A stretch of 33,293 bases of DNA from Candidatus Bipolaricaulota bacterium (GTDB taxonomy: Bacteria > Bipolaricaulota > Bipolaricaulia > RBG-16-55-9), in NCBI GenBank assembly GCA_026982655.1, contig JALSGO010000077.1, positions 1 to 33,293 on the forward strand. The letters are read 5' to 3'. Shown here in pieces: positions 16,184-24,883 of the stretch (position 1 is its first letter; each line of letters begins with the position of its first letter). The translations under genes were made by a program, and so were the position numbers. The notes under the pieces are model-generated. The model had not been told where the DNA came from. It made no database searches and was given only the letters and a program-made list of their open reading frames with translations.

Positions 16184-19049
16184 TGCGTTGCTTACAAAAC
16201 CTCACTTGATGAATTCTCTCTTTGAGTCTCGGGACCTGCTCGAAAAGCCACCGATGGCGTACCTCATGGCACGAGAAGACGATAACTTGACGATCTCGAG
16301 CGAGATGCTCGGCTAAGAGCTTCATCCCCTTGAGGAAGCGCTCGTCGTGGCTGTGGGGAAAGGGCTCGTCGAGGACCAACGGAAGGGTCAGTTTGCCTTG
16401 TGCCAGGAAGTCAGCGATTGCAGCACGGACGATAAAATACAGTTGCTCAACCGTTCCACCGCTGAGCCTGGGAGGGGAACGATCTTGGGAAGCGTGGAGC
16501 TTCTGCTTTGTCTCAGGGTGGATAAACGTTAAGCGTAGGTCCTTCTCGAAGCGAGGCTTCCCGTAATGGGGGAGGATCTCTTGGAAAGCCCTTGTGGCAA
16601 ACCCGTTCAGATGCTCAGCCCAAATCTCGTAGACCTCAGTCGAGATGTGTCGTAACGTATCTTTGGCAATTGCTACTGCGCTTTCTACTTTCTCCGCTCT
16701 CTTCAAGCTTTGCTTCCGATCTCTAAGCTCTTGGTAGAGCTCAGGCAAAGAGCGAGTCTCTTGCAAGGTTGAACGGATCTCTTCCTCCAAACAAGAGACT
16801 TTCTCCCGCATCTCTTCGATATCGTTTGTTATTTGATCCAGCTGTCGTTGGTAGAAGATTCGATCTGCGTCAGGATCAGGGCAAACCGTTCCTTCAGGCC
16901 AGTCCGATTGCATTTGTGCAATTTGCTGCTTTAGCTCTTCTATTCGCTCCTTTAGGCGGTTCCTCTCCTCAGGAGGGAGAAGGAGCTCGCGCTCTCGCTC
17001 GATCTCCTGCACCAGCTGGCGAAAGCGCTGGACTTTCTTGACAGCCTGGTCAAACGCGGTTCGTGCGTCCTCGCCTCGGAGGCTGCTGTCCAATCCGGAC
17101 TCTTGTAAAAGCTCCTCGACCGCTTGATTCTGCATTTGCAGCTGTTTTTCCTTCTGGATGATATCTCCTTCCCGTTCCGAGATCTTCCGGCGGAGCTCCT
17201 CCTGCCGGGAGCGCAGAGAAAGGGCTAGATTTGCATTCTCAAGGATCTCTCCAAGAGAAGCGGAGGAAACCTTATCGAGCTGTAGGGCAACCCCTCTGTG
17301 CTCGCACCAGCGATAGGCTTCTTCGCGCAGTTGGCGTAGTTCGTCTTGAACGCCTTCCCACTGTGCCAGGAGCCTCTGAAGCTCTACTGTTTCCTGTTGA
17401 AGAGCTTGCCACTCCGCGAAGCTTGTGAGGAGATCCTCCTCGGAGCCAGTTTCTAGCTCACGAGCCAAAAACCTTAACCGCCGGTCCCTCTCCTGCTCGT
17501 CCTGTTCTAGCCGGTTGAGGTCTTCCTGCGCTCGCTGAAGATCCAGCTTGATGTTCTCATAGTCTCGATCGTATTTGGATTTGCCCCTTTGGTGTAGAAC
17601 CGCCCCCCCAAGGGCCATCAGTGCACCTATCCCGGTCAAGATCCCTCCAGCCGTCACGTTTCCCCAAGCTGTAAGCGCAAGTCCGGCCCCTAGGGCTACC
17701 AACCCACTGAGCCCTGCGAGGCGCGTTATCCGCCTCCAGTGGGCCCTTTTGCTCTCGATCTCTTGGAGGGATTCTTCCGCTCTGTCCCTTCGAAGGGCGA
17801 TGTTCTCCCTTTGTTGCGCTCCCTGTGCTCGGGCATGAGAGGCTTCATAGAGGAAGCGACGATCCTCGGGGGATAATCTTTCAAAGAGTTCCTGCAACTC
17901 CTCCAGCCTGTGTTCATCAAACCCTTCCGCTGCCAGGCGCGCCCGCTCCTTGTCCATCCGATTGCACAGCTCCCGATCTGAGCGCTCTGCCTCTTCCAGT
18001 CTCTTGATCAGTCCGAGCAGATCGTCCCTTTCGTGTTGGGTGCAGTGGGCCAACTCCCTCAGCTGTTCGAGGCTCTGTTCACAAGCTTCCAGTCTCCTGC
18101 GTTCTTCCTCTAACTTTCTCTTGAGCTGGGTGATCTCCGTTGAAAGCCTGTCAATTTCATCAAGCCAGCGATATAAGTTCCTTTGCTGAGCGTCGGGGAA
18201 CTCCGCATAATCCGCGAGACGCTCTTGCTCTTCCTCAAGCTGCCGGATTCGCTCCCGTCTTTGGCTATCCTGTTGGAGCTGGTTCTCCACTTCTTGAAGC
18301 TCCGTTTGATATAGCAGATACGTTGTGGTGGTTTGCTGGCATCGTCGCTCGTTAAGTTCCACGTGCAGGCGAGACAGTTGATCTTCTTTGTCCTCGATGC
18401 GGTTACGTCTCTGTTCCAACTTTTGAATCTCGGCGGTTAACTCAGCGATTCGCTGCTTAAGACGTTTCTTCTCTGTGCTCAGCTTCAGCTTCTTCCCCAT
18501 CTTGCGAAGGGGATAGTCATTCTCAATCTGCTCTAGGGCATCAAGGGCTTCAGCAACGGTGCGTTCACCTCCTTGGGCATCCGCCACGCGTTGCAGGACA
18601 CGAGTTAGGCCTTCCGGGTCTTGGATTGCCATCTTCCCCTGCTCGACGAAGACGCTCTTTTGGAACTCCTCGCGTGAGAGGTCCAGCAATTCTTCGCCTA
18701 TGGGGATCATCTTGTTCTTCGAGGCAAGGAACCGATCCGTGATGTCGTGACCATCCTCCCAGATGCGAACGCGTCCGTGTCTGAAGTTCCGCTCAATGAT
18801 CACCCTTTTACCTTGTAGCTCTAGCTCTAGTGCTAGGGAGAAGGCTCCATCGTTCAAAGGCTGCCAGCTCCATAGTGGATCGGTTGGCTTCGGTTTGCGA
18901 GGCCCGTAGAGCCCCTCGAGGATGGAGGCTGCGAGCGTGGACTTCCCCTCTTCGTTGGGGGCAATCCAGAGGTTGAGCCCTTCCGGCTGAAACTCGATGT
19001 GGCCGGACAAACAACCGAAATCCCTTAGCTCAATCCGCCGAATTCTCAT
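16176..19049 (-). CDS. YhaN/SbcC/Rad50-like SMC-family ABC ATPase with a central double-transmembrane hairpin
   Basis: The product is 957 aa. The N-terminal P-loop LWIAPNEEGKSTLAASIL is of the AAA_27/YhaN type (NE[AE]GKST). A very long coiled coil follows. The C-terminus has the signature RLSGGTVEQL, the Walker B LVLDEPF and an H-loop SCHE. No CxxC zinc hook is present. Instead, residues about 444-485 (LAGLSGLVALGAGLALTAWGNVTAGGILTGIGALMALGGAVL) form two hydrophobic helices. Confidence 0.8.
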   Translation of the reverse strand: MRIRRIELRDFGCLSGHIEFQPEGLNLWIAPNEEGKSTLAASILEGLYGPRKPKPTDPLWSWQPLNDGAFSLALELELQGKRVIIERNFRHGRVRIWEDGHDITDRFLASKNKMIPIGEELLDLSREEFQKSVFVEQGKMAIQDPEGLTRVLQRVADAQGGERTVAEALDALEQIENDYPLRKMGKKLKLSTEKKRLKQRIAELTAEIQKLEQRRNRIEDKEDQLSRLHVELNERRCQQTTTTYLLYQTELQEVENQLQQDSQRRERIRQLEEEQERLADYAEFPDAQQRNLYRWLDEIDRLSTEITQLKRKLEEERRRLEACEQSLEQLRELAHCTQHERDDLLGLIKRLEEAERSDRELCNRMDKERARLAAEGFDEHRLEELQELFERLSPEDRRFLYEASHARAQGAQQRENIALRRDRAEESLQEIESKRAHWRRITRLAGLSGLVALGAGLALTAWGNVTAGGILTGIGALMALGGAVLHQRGKSKYDRDYENIKLDLQRAQEDLNRLEQDEQERDRRLRFLARELETGSEEDLLTSFAEWQALQQETVELQRLLAQWEGVQDELRQLREEAYRWCEHRGVALQLDKVSSASLGEILENANLALSLRSRQEELRRKISEREGDIIQKEKQLQMQNQAVEELLQESGLDSSLRGEDARTAFDQAVKKVQRFRQLVQEIERERELLLPPEERNRLKERIEELKQQIAQMQSDWPEGTVCPDPDADRIFYQRQLDQITNDIEEMREKVSCLEEEIRSTLQETRSLPELYQELRDRKQSLKRAEKVESAVAIAKDTLRHISTEVYEIWAEHLNGFATRAFQEILPHYGKPRFEKDLRLTFIHPETKQKLHASQDRSPPRLSGGTVEQLYFIVRAAIADFLAQGKLTLPLVLDEPFPHSHDERFLKGMKLLAEHLARDRQVIVFSCHEVRHRWLFEQVPRLKERIHQVRFCKQRND

Positions 19050-20292
19050 TGTCGTCCTCTTCGTCCTCAGCTGCTAGGAACCCTGTTTCCCTGACGAACA
19101 CCTTTCCGAGGGTCAGCGCATCCAGCCCCATGTAAAGAGCTTCTTTGAGGATGGCTCGCTTCTCGGGATCGCTCTCCTCATCCATTTGGTGGAGGAGCTC
19201 GCGCGCGAAGCGAGCCTCCACGGTGTGGCTCTTGCTGTGACGGTAAGCCTCTAAGTCATAGTCCGGCTCGGCTTGGTTCACGACGTGCACGTGCCAAAAA
19301 CGCTCTTCTAAATCTTGGGGGACGTTAGGCATAACGCCATGCGGATGTCGGCCTGTTAGCTCCACGCAGAGCACATCATCCTGAACGGGCTGGGGTCCCA
19401 CTTCCCTCTCGATTGTGGTATGGATCCTCTCGTGCATCGCTTCTTGATGGTCTGTCCCCGTTAAATCCACTGGAACGATCCAAATCCGCCTTGGGTCAAG
19501 AGAAATTGGCTCTATGTCTGGAGAAACGCCGTCGTGCGTGATCTCTAAGATTAAGACGCCTTTCTTTTCGGTTTCCCGACGGTTTCGGGCTACTAAGCAC
19601 CCGGAATAGGCAGCTCGAACACGCCCTTGATCGTCTTGAATCGTCTGAAAGGCGTGGTAATGTCCCAGTGCCGCGTAGGAGAAGCCTTGGCACAATAGCT
19701 CTGCGTCCTCAAAAGGCGCTGTGATGAGCGGCTTCCCTCCGGGATGGAATCCCCCAAGACGCGAGCCATGGAAGAGCAGAATTTGGATCTCAGCGTCTTC
19801 GGGACGCGAGATCTTCTGCTGTAGGAGCCGCTCTTCTAAGGGCACGTTTTCGCGGAACGCCCGCCCTGTGATTGTGACCTCCGGTCGATTCGGCAGCCGA
19901 ACCGTCTCGAACTCGCCGGATGTGAATACGTAAACGTTTGGAGGCCAAGGAGACAGCCCGTGACGGGCCCAGAAATCCGGGGTATAGCCACACCGTGAGG
20001 AGTAGAAATCGTGGTTGCCAGGAGCTATATACGCCGGGATGTCGTGTTCATAAAGCTTGCGAAATTGAGCCCCGAGCCAGCCTACGGTATCGGGGGTGAG
20101 TCTTTCGTCTTCCCACAAGTCTCCAGGGATAAGTACTACGTCCACCGAGCGCTCGATGGCAAGGTCTATAGCTTTTTCAAAAGCCTTCCGGATGTCTTGA
20201 AGGCGAGCCTGCTGAGTTTGAACATCAGGGAACAGGGCTGCGGAGACTGCGCCATCGAGGTGCACATCAGAGATTTGCAAGGCTTTTAGCAT
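19030..20292 (-). CDS. YhaO/SbcD/Mre11-like calcineurin-type phosphoesterase (nuclease)
   Basis: The product is 420 aa. The metallophosphatase motifs are ISDVHLD, GDLWED, GNHD, FHGS and GHYH. It overlaps the downstream ATPase gene by 20 nt. Confidence 0.8.
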   Translation of the reverse strand: MLKALQISDVHLDGAVSAALFPDVQTQQARLQDIRKAFEKAIDLAIERSVDVVLIPGDLWEDERLTPDTVGWLGAQFRKLYEHDIPAYIAPGNHDFYSSRCGYTPDFWARHGLSPWPPNVYVFTSGEFETVRLPNRPEVTITGRAFRENVPLEERLLQQKISRPEDAEIQILLFHGSRLGGFHPGGKPLITAPFEDAELLCQGFSYAALGHYHAFQTIQDDQGRVRAAYSGCLVARNRRETEKKGVLILEITHDGVSPDIEPISLDPRRIWIVPVDLTGTDHQEAMHERIHTTIEREVGPQPVQDDVLCVELTGRHPHGVMPNVPQDLEERFWHVHVVNQAEPDYDLEAYRHSKSHTVEARFARELLHQMDEESDPEKRAILKEALYMGLDALTLGKVFVRETGFLAAEDEEDDNENSAD

Positions 20293-20408
20293 ACGTACAG
20301 CCCCTTTCTCGGATTTTCATGGCTCACCCGCGCACTCTTCCTAGCAGAGGATAACCCTCTGTGTCAAGAGTGGGAAGTGCGCCCGCGGTCCATCTGAGCT
20401 ATCATACG

Positions 20409-21119
20409 ATGATTATGAGCATTACGGAGCGTGTCCATCTCGCTCGGGAAAGGATCGCCCGCGCTGCCGAGCGCGCCGGGCGCTCTCCCCAAGACGTGCG
20501 CATCTTGGCGGCCACCAAGGGCCGCTCTGTTGCTGAGATCCTTGAAGCCCTCAAAGCGGGCATCGACCTCATCGGGGAGAACACCGTACAAGAAGCGCTC
20601 GGCAAGTTCGAGTTCCTCCCCCAAGAGCTGGAGAAGCACATGATCGGGACCCTCCAGCTCAACAAGGTCAAGGCCGCCGTAAAGCTCTTTCACGCTATAC
20701 AGTCCGTGGACTCGTGGGAGCTGGCCCGGGCCCTCGACCGCGAACTTTCCCGTATAGAGAGGGAGGAACCGTATTCCATCTTCCTAGAGGTGAACCCCGC
20801 AGGCGAGGAGACCAAGCGGGGCCTCCCTCCCGATCAAGTAGAGCCCCTGATCGAGCAAATCCAGGACCTCCAGAACGTGCGCGTCGTGGGGCTCATGGCG
20901 ATGATGCCCTATCAAGACCCCGAGACGCTTCGGCCTCACTTCCGCGCCATGCGGGAACTCTTCGAGCACCTACACCAACAGGCCCGGCAGAAGGGCTGGG
21001 CCCGGGTCGAGATGCGGTGGCTCTCGATGGGGATGTCCCACGACTTCGAGGTGGCCGTCGAGGAGGGCGCGAATCTGGTACGATTGGGGACGGTCCTCTT
21101 CGGACCCCGGGAGGCGTAA
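20409..21119 (+). CDS. yggS: YggS/PLPHP-family pyridoxal-phosphate homeostasis protein
   Basis: The N-terminus reads MIMSITERVHLARERIARAAERAGRSPQDVRILAATKGRS...LIGENTVQEA, the alanine-racemase-N-like fold with the conserved K. I chose ATG 20409 (or 20415) over the upstream GTG at 20361. Confidence 0.8.
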   Translation: MIMSITERVHLARERIARAAERAGRSPQDVRILAATKGRSVAEILEALKAGIDLIGENTVQEALGKFEFLPQELEKHMIGTLQLNKVKAAVKLFHAIQSVDSWELARALDRELSRIEREEPYSIFLEVNPAGEETKRGLPPDQVEPLIEQIQDLQNVRVVGLMAMMPYQDPETLRPHFRAMRELFEHLHQQARQKGWARVEMRWLSMGMSHDFEVAVEEGANLVRLGTVLFGPREA

Positions 21120-21884
21120 ATGTACGAGATCCCATATCAGCTACGCCGTCTGCGGCGGTTTCTGTGGCAGAGCCCCGAGCCCGTCACCCGCACGCTCATT
21201 GCTGTGAGCATCGCTACGTTCCTGATCTACTTCGTGGCCGTCTTCTTCCTGCGGGCCGGGAACCCCTGGGAGTGGCTTACCTTCTCTCCCTTGGGCTGGT
21301 GGCTCAAGCCCTGGAGTCTTCTCACGTATCCCCTGGTGACGAAGGGGCTGTTCACGGTTGCCTTCGCGAACTACTGGCTCTGGATCGTGGGCGGGACGCT
21401 GGAGCGCTCCTGGGGCAGCCGGACCTTCGCCCGCTTCTTCGCGGGCGTAACCGCAGCCACATCGGTGGGGATTTGGGTCGGGAGCCTCCTGCTCAGCGCC
21501 CTGGGGCTGGAGCCGTGGCTCGACATCTCGTTGAGCGGTCTGTGGCTTCCGCTGGCGGGGCTCACGGTCGCCTGGTGCCTCCTCAACCCCGATCAGGTCG
21601 TGCTGCTGGGCTTCGTGCTCCCGATCCCGGGTCGGGTGCTGATGTGGCTCACGATCGCGTTCGTGTACTTCGGGTTTGCGATGGGATATCGCATGCCGTG
21701 GCTGGCCTTCTTCGCGCTCTCGGGGGTGGGGGTCGCCTACGCGTACACCCAACGGCGTTTGCAGTATCGCTCACGCCCTCGGGTCCCCCGACCGCCGACG
21801 CCCCTCGAGCGGGCCGTGGACTGGGCGCTCTTCCGCTGGGAGCGATTCAAACGGAACGTCCTGAGGCCAAGGAGGCGAAGGTGA
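21120..21884 (+). CDS. rhomboid-family-like polytopic membrane protein, probably catalytically inactive
   Basis: The product is 254 aa with six predicted TM helices. The TM2 region FTVAFANYWLWIVGGTLERSWGSRTF resembles the rhomboid HxxxN...GxxxE...G block. A LSG is present in TM4. No TM6 AHxxG histidine is evident. The start lies 1 nt after the yggS stop. Confidence 0.5.
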   Translation: MYEIPYQLRRLRRFLWQSPEPVTRTLIAVSIATFLIYFVAVFFLRAGNPWEWLTFSPLGWWLKPWSLLTYPLVTKGLFTVAFANYWLWIVGGTLERSWGSRTFARFFAGVTAATSVGIWVGSLLLSALGLEPWLDISLSGLWLPLAGLTVAWCLLNPDQVVLLGFVLPIPGRVLMWLTIAFVYFGFAMGYRMPWLAFFALSGVGVAYAYTQRRLQYRSRPRVPRPPTPLERAVDWALFRWERFKRNVLRPRRRR

Positions 21885-22426
21885 GGGCTTCGAACGTGCG
21901 ACGGGCACTCCTGCGGGGATATGTGGCTTGGGAACGTCTCGGACCCCGGCTGTGGAAGGTCTACGCCTGGGGGCTCCTCCTCGCCCGCGGGGCGGAGCTC
22001 CTCGTGGGCAGACCCTACATCGCGATCTACGCCGCCGACGGGCTCTTTTGGGGAACCCGAGCGCTGGAGGCCGGGACGCTCCTGGGGCTCTTCTTGTACG
22101 CGTACCGCCGCCCCTTCCTGACCCCCTTCTTCTGGAAGGTGTGGTGGATCGTCTACATGTACTTCTTCGGCGTGGGGATCCTCATCGGCATTCACCGCTA
22201 TTCCCCCTTCTGGATCAATTCCTTCGTCCTCGCGCTGCCGGAGTACATCGGGGTGTTCCTGTACGCGTTCCGCGCCCGCGAGATCTGGGGCGATCGCGTC
22301 CCCCGGCCCGCTCCTCCCTCTGCTCCCGCCCCCGCCTCGGATCCCGACGCTTCTTCCGCTCCCCCTGCTACGGACCCGAGCGGAGGAACGCCTCCGCCAG
22401 AGCGAAGTCGAGATCCCGACAGATGA
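21881..22426 (+). CDS. hypothetical membrane protein with a Pro-rich C-terminal tail
   Basis: A GTG start at 21881 overlaps the upstream stop, with AGGAGG at 21871-21876. The product VRASNVRRALL...FFWKVWWIVYMYFFGVGILIGIH has about four TM helices. A low-complexity tail PRPAPPSAPAPASDPDASSAPP follows. The long N-terminal part of the 20714 ORF is an out-of-frame artefact. Confidence 0.45.
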   Translation: MRASNVRRALLRGYVAWERLGPRLWKVYAWGLLLARGAELLVGRPYIAIYAADGLFWGTRALEAGTLLGLFLYAYRRPFLTPFFWKVWWIVYMYFFGVGILIGIHRYSPFWINSFVLALPEYIGVFLYAFRAREIWGDRVPRPAPPSAPAPASDPDASSAPPATDPSGGTPPPERSRDPDR

Positions 22427-23318
22427 CGAAGACGAGTTGGCAGGCGATCTCCCGCGCGGCCTCGAGGGGGAGGACCCCTTCGCAGCCGAAGCACGTGCCT
22501 CGCCAGCGGAGGCTGAATTTGTCCAACCAGAGCACGAACAGGGGAAGCCCCGAAACGACCGGAGCATCCCTCACCTCTTGGAGGAGGATTCGCAGGAGAT
22601 CTGGGTCTTGTCCCCTCGAGAGCGCGTAGACGAGCACGCGCAGGGAGGAGCTGAGGGCTTCGAAGGAGAGGTTCGGAGCGTATTTCCACACCCGGAGGAT
22701 CTCCTTGGCCCAGTAGGCAGCACTTCGTTCGTCATCGAGGGTAAACCTTCCGTACTCCACCAAGGCGAGGAGGGGCTCCCGGCGGGACGGGGAAGCCTCC
22801 GGCTTGTAGAGTGCCATGTCGAGATAGGCGGTCGGGCCGTTCGGTCGGAAGGAGAGGTTCAGCGAGACAACCCTCCACTGCTTCTTCGAGAGGATCTGCA
22901 CAACCCGCAGGATGCGGGCACAACGATAATCCTCGAACGTCTCGAGGCGTGTAATAAAAAAGGCGAACTCTCGATAGCAATCGAGGACGAACTCCCGGGC
23001 GTCGGGAAGCGTCTGGGGGGAGAGCTCCGGGCCCTGGCGGGCGAGGTTCTCTAAGAGCGCTGCGAACCGACAGTTGAGGATGCGGGACTTCTCGTATCCA
23101 AGGTCAAGGGTTAGCAACACCGTCCGAAGGGTGCGGACGATCTGGGCGTCCAACTCCTCCAGGAGGGCGGGGTCGGCATGGGGGAGGAGGCGGGCCAGGG
23201 AGAGGAGCTGGCTCTGTCGACAGGCCGTCGCCGTTCCCAGCTCGAAGGCCACCCCCAGCCCGAGGATGAGGAGCACGGCGATGAGAATCGTTCGGAAGAC
23301 TCCTCTCATGGCGCTCAC
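22368..23318 (-). CDS. hypothetical secreted or periplasmic protein with an N-terminal signal peptide
   Basis: The product is 316 aa. It starts MSAMRGVFRTILIAVLLILGLGVAFELG and I see no recognisable domain. It lies downstream of rarA on the same strand. Confidence 0.45.
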   Translation of the reverse strand: MSAMRGVFRTILIAVLLILGLGVAFELGTATACRQSQLLSLARLLPHADPALLEELDAQIVRTLRTVLLTLDLGYEKSRILNCRFAALLENLARQGPELSPQTLPDAREFVLDCYREFAFFITRLETFEDYRCARILRVVQILSKKQWRVVSLNLSFRPNGPTAYLDMALYKPEASPSRREPLLALVEYGRFTLDDERSAAYWAKEILRVWKYAPNLSFEALSSSLRVLVYALSRGQDPDLLRILLQEVRDAPVVSGLPLFVLWLDKFSLRWRGTCFGCEGVLPLEAAREIACQLVFVICRDLDFALAEAFLRSGP

Positions 23319-23369
23319 CCCTCAAGGATGCTGACAAAATGGGCTTGGAAATGTCAAGCCCCGGACGTC

Positions 23370-24707
23370 TTACGCGTTCTCCTCCTTCGACGCCTCCCGC
23401 AGCCTCCTCCGCAGCTCCTCCCACCGCTCGAGGCGCCTGCGGATCTCCCGCTCGAAGCCCCGCTCCGTCGGGCGATAATATACGCGATCCCTCAAGGATT
23501 CGGGCATCGAGTTCATGGGGGTAACCCCCTCCTCGTAGTCGTGGGCGTACTCGTACCCCCGCCCGTAGCCCAGCTCCTTCATGAGCTTCGTGACGGCGTT
23601 GCGGATGTGAAGGGGGACGGGCTCCCGGCGCGTCTCCTCCACGTCGCGGCGGGCCTCTCCGAAGGCCTTGTACACGGCGTTGCTCTTGGGGGCCGTGGCC
23701 AAATACACCGTCGCTTCGGCCAGCGCCAGCTCCCCTTCGGGGCTGCCCAGGAAGTCGTAAGCGTCTTTCGCCGCCAGCGCGATTTGCAGGGCTTGGGGGT
23801 CGGCCAACCCCACGTCTTCTACGGCCATCCGCACCAGTCGTCTCGCGAGGTAGAGGGGATCTTCCCCGGCGGCGAGCATCCGGGCGAGCCAGTAGAGCGC
23901 GGCGTCGGGCTCGGAGTTGCGCACCGCCTTGTGCAGCGCCGAGATCAAGTTGAAGTGCTCCTCCCCCGCCTTGTCGTAGAGCGGCGTCTTGCGCTGCAGC
24001 GCGTTCCGGACGTCTTCTGCGGAGATCGTGGAGCCCCCGCAGAGGTCCGCGGCCAGCTCCAGGAGGTTTAAGGCCCGGCGGGCATCCCCGCCGCACGCGT
24101 CCGCGATGAACGCCTCCGCTTCCTCGGTGAGCGCGAGTCGGCGCTTCCCCAGTCCGCGCTCCTCGTCCGCCAGCGCCCGGCGCACGATCGTGCGGATCTC
24201 CTCGGGCGCGAGGGGCTGGAGCACGAAGACCTGCGAGCGGGAGAGCAGCGCGGCGATGACCTCGAACGAGGGGTTCTCCGTCGTGGCTCCTACCAGAATT
24301 ACGGAGCCCTCCTCCACGTAGGGCAGGAAGACGGCCTGCTGGGCCTTGTTGAAGCGATGGATCTCGTCGACGAAGAGGAGGTCGCGGGTTCCGTAGGATT
24401 GAAATCGAGAACGGGAGCGCTCCATCGCCCGCTGGACGTCTTTGATGGAGGCGCGCACGGCGCTGAAGGGGACGAACTCGGCCTCGTAGTGCCGGGCGAT
24501 GATCCGGCCCAGGGTGGTCTTGCCCGTCCCGGGCGGACCCCACAGGATCAGGGAGCGCACCCGGCCCTCCTCGATCATCCGCCGCAGGGGCTTTCCTTCC
24601 CCGACGAGGTGCTCTTGCCCCACGAACTCCTCTAGGGAGCGGGGCCGCATCCGCTCGGCCAGCGGGGCCTTCGGCTTCTCTTGACGGAACAGCTTCGTTT
24701 GGTCCAC
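23370..24707 (-). CDS. rarA: replication-associated recombination protein A (AAA+ ATPase RarA/MgsA)
   Basis: The product is 445 aa. The Walker A motif is LILWGPPGTGKTTLGRIIA and the Walker B is LLFVDEIHRFNKAQQ. The C-terminal region is MgsA-like. Confidence 0.9.
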   Translation of the reverse strand: MDQTKLFRQEKPKAPLAERMRPRSLEEFVGQEHLVGEGKPLRRMIEEGRVRSLILWGPPGTGKTTLGRIIARHYEAEFVPFSAVRASIKDVQRAMERSRSRFQSYGTRDLLFVDEIHRFNKAQQAVFLPYVEEGSVILVGATTENPSFEVIAALLSRSQVFVLQPLAPEEIRTIVRRALADEERGLGKRRLALTEEAEAFIADACGGDARRALNLLELAADLCGGSTISAEDVRNALQRKTPLYDKAGEEHFNLISALHKAVRNSEPDAALYWLARMLAAGEDPLYLARRLVRMAVEDVGLADPQALQIALAAKDAYDFLGSPEGELALAEATVYLATAPKSNAVYKAFGEARRDVEETRREPVPLHIRNAVTKLMKELGYGRGYEYAHDYEEGVTPMNSMPESLRDRVYYRPTERGFEREIRRRLERWEELRRRLREASKEENA

Positions 24708-24828
24708 GTTCGACGTCGTGCGTGTGATTTCGTACCATTCTATCCGGACCTCCGGATAGCCGCCAAGGGCTCCGCAAGGGCGGTTAGTGTCGGCATCGGC
24801 ATGGGAGCGGTCGGGGCTTCCCCGCGGA

Positions 24829-24857
24829 TTGACGCCGTCCTTGTCGGCTGCTATAGT
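24829..24857 (+). promoter_or_regulatory. sigma70-like promoter with extended -10 for padR-MFS: TTGACG, 17 nt, TGcTATAGT
   Basis: The -35 TTGACG is at 24829-24834, followed by a 17-nt spacer. TG is at 24849-24850. The -10 TATAGT is at 24852-24857. Confidence 0.4.
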
Positions 24858-24865
24858 TGTGCCGA

Positions 24866-24883
24866 TATATCGCTAGCGACATA
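24866..24883. promoter_or_regulatory. 18-bp near-perfect palindrome, a candidate PadR operator: TATATCGCTAGCGACATA
   Basis: The arms are 9 bp each with one mismatch, and the core TCGCTAGCGA is perfect. It lies just downstream of the -10 and overlaps the expected transcription start, 18 nt before the padR start. Confidence 0.35.

Noticed and set aside
20714-21880. N-terminal 389 codons of the 570-aa plus-strand ORF
   Set aside because: It overlaps yggS and the rhomboid-like gene in another frame with junk composition. Only the last 181 codons, from GTG 21881 with AGGAGG, look real.
23104-24777. 557-aa and 297-aa alternative-frame ORFs over rarA
   Set aside because: The rarA frame carries clear Walker A and B and MgsA features. 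These are out-of-frame shadows.
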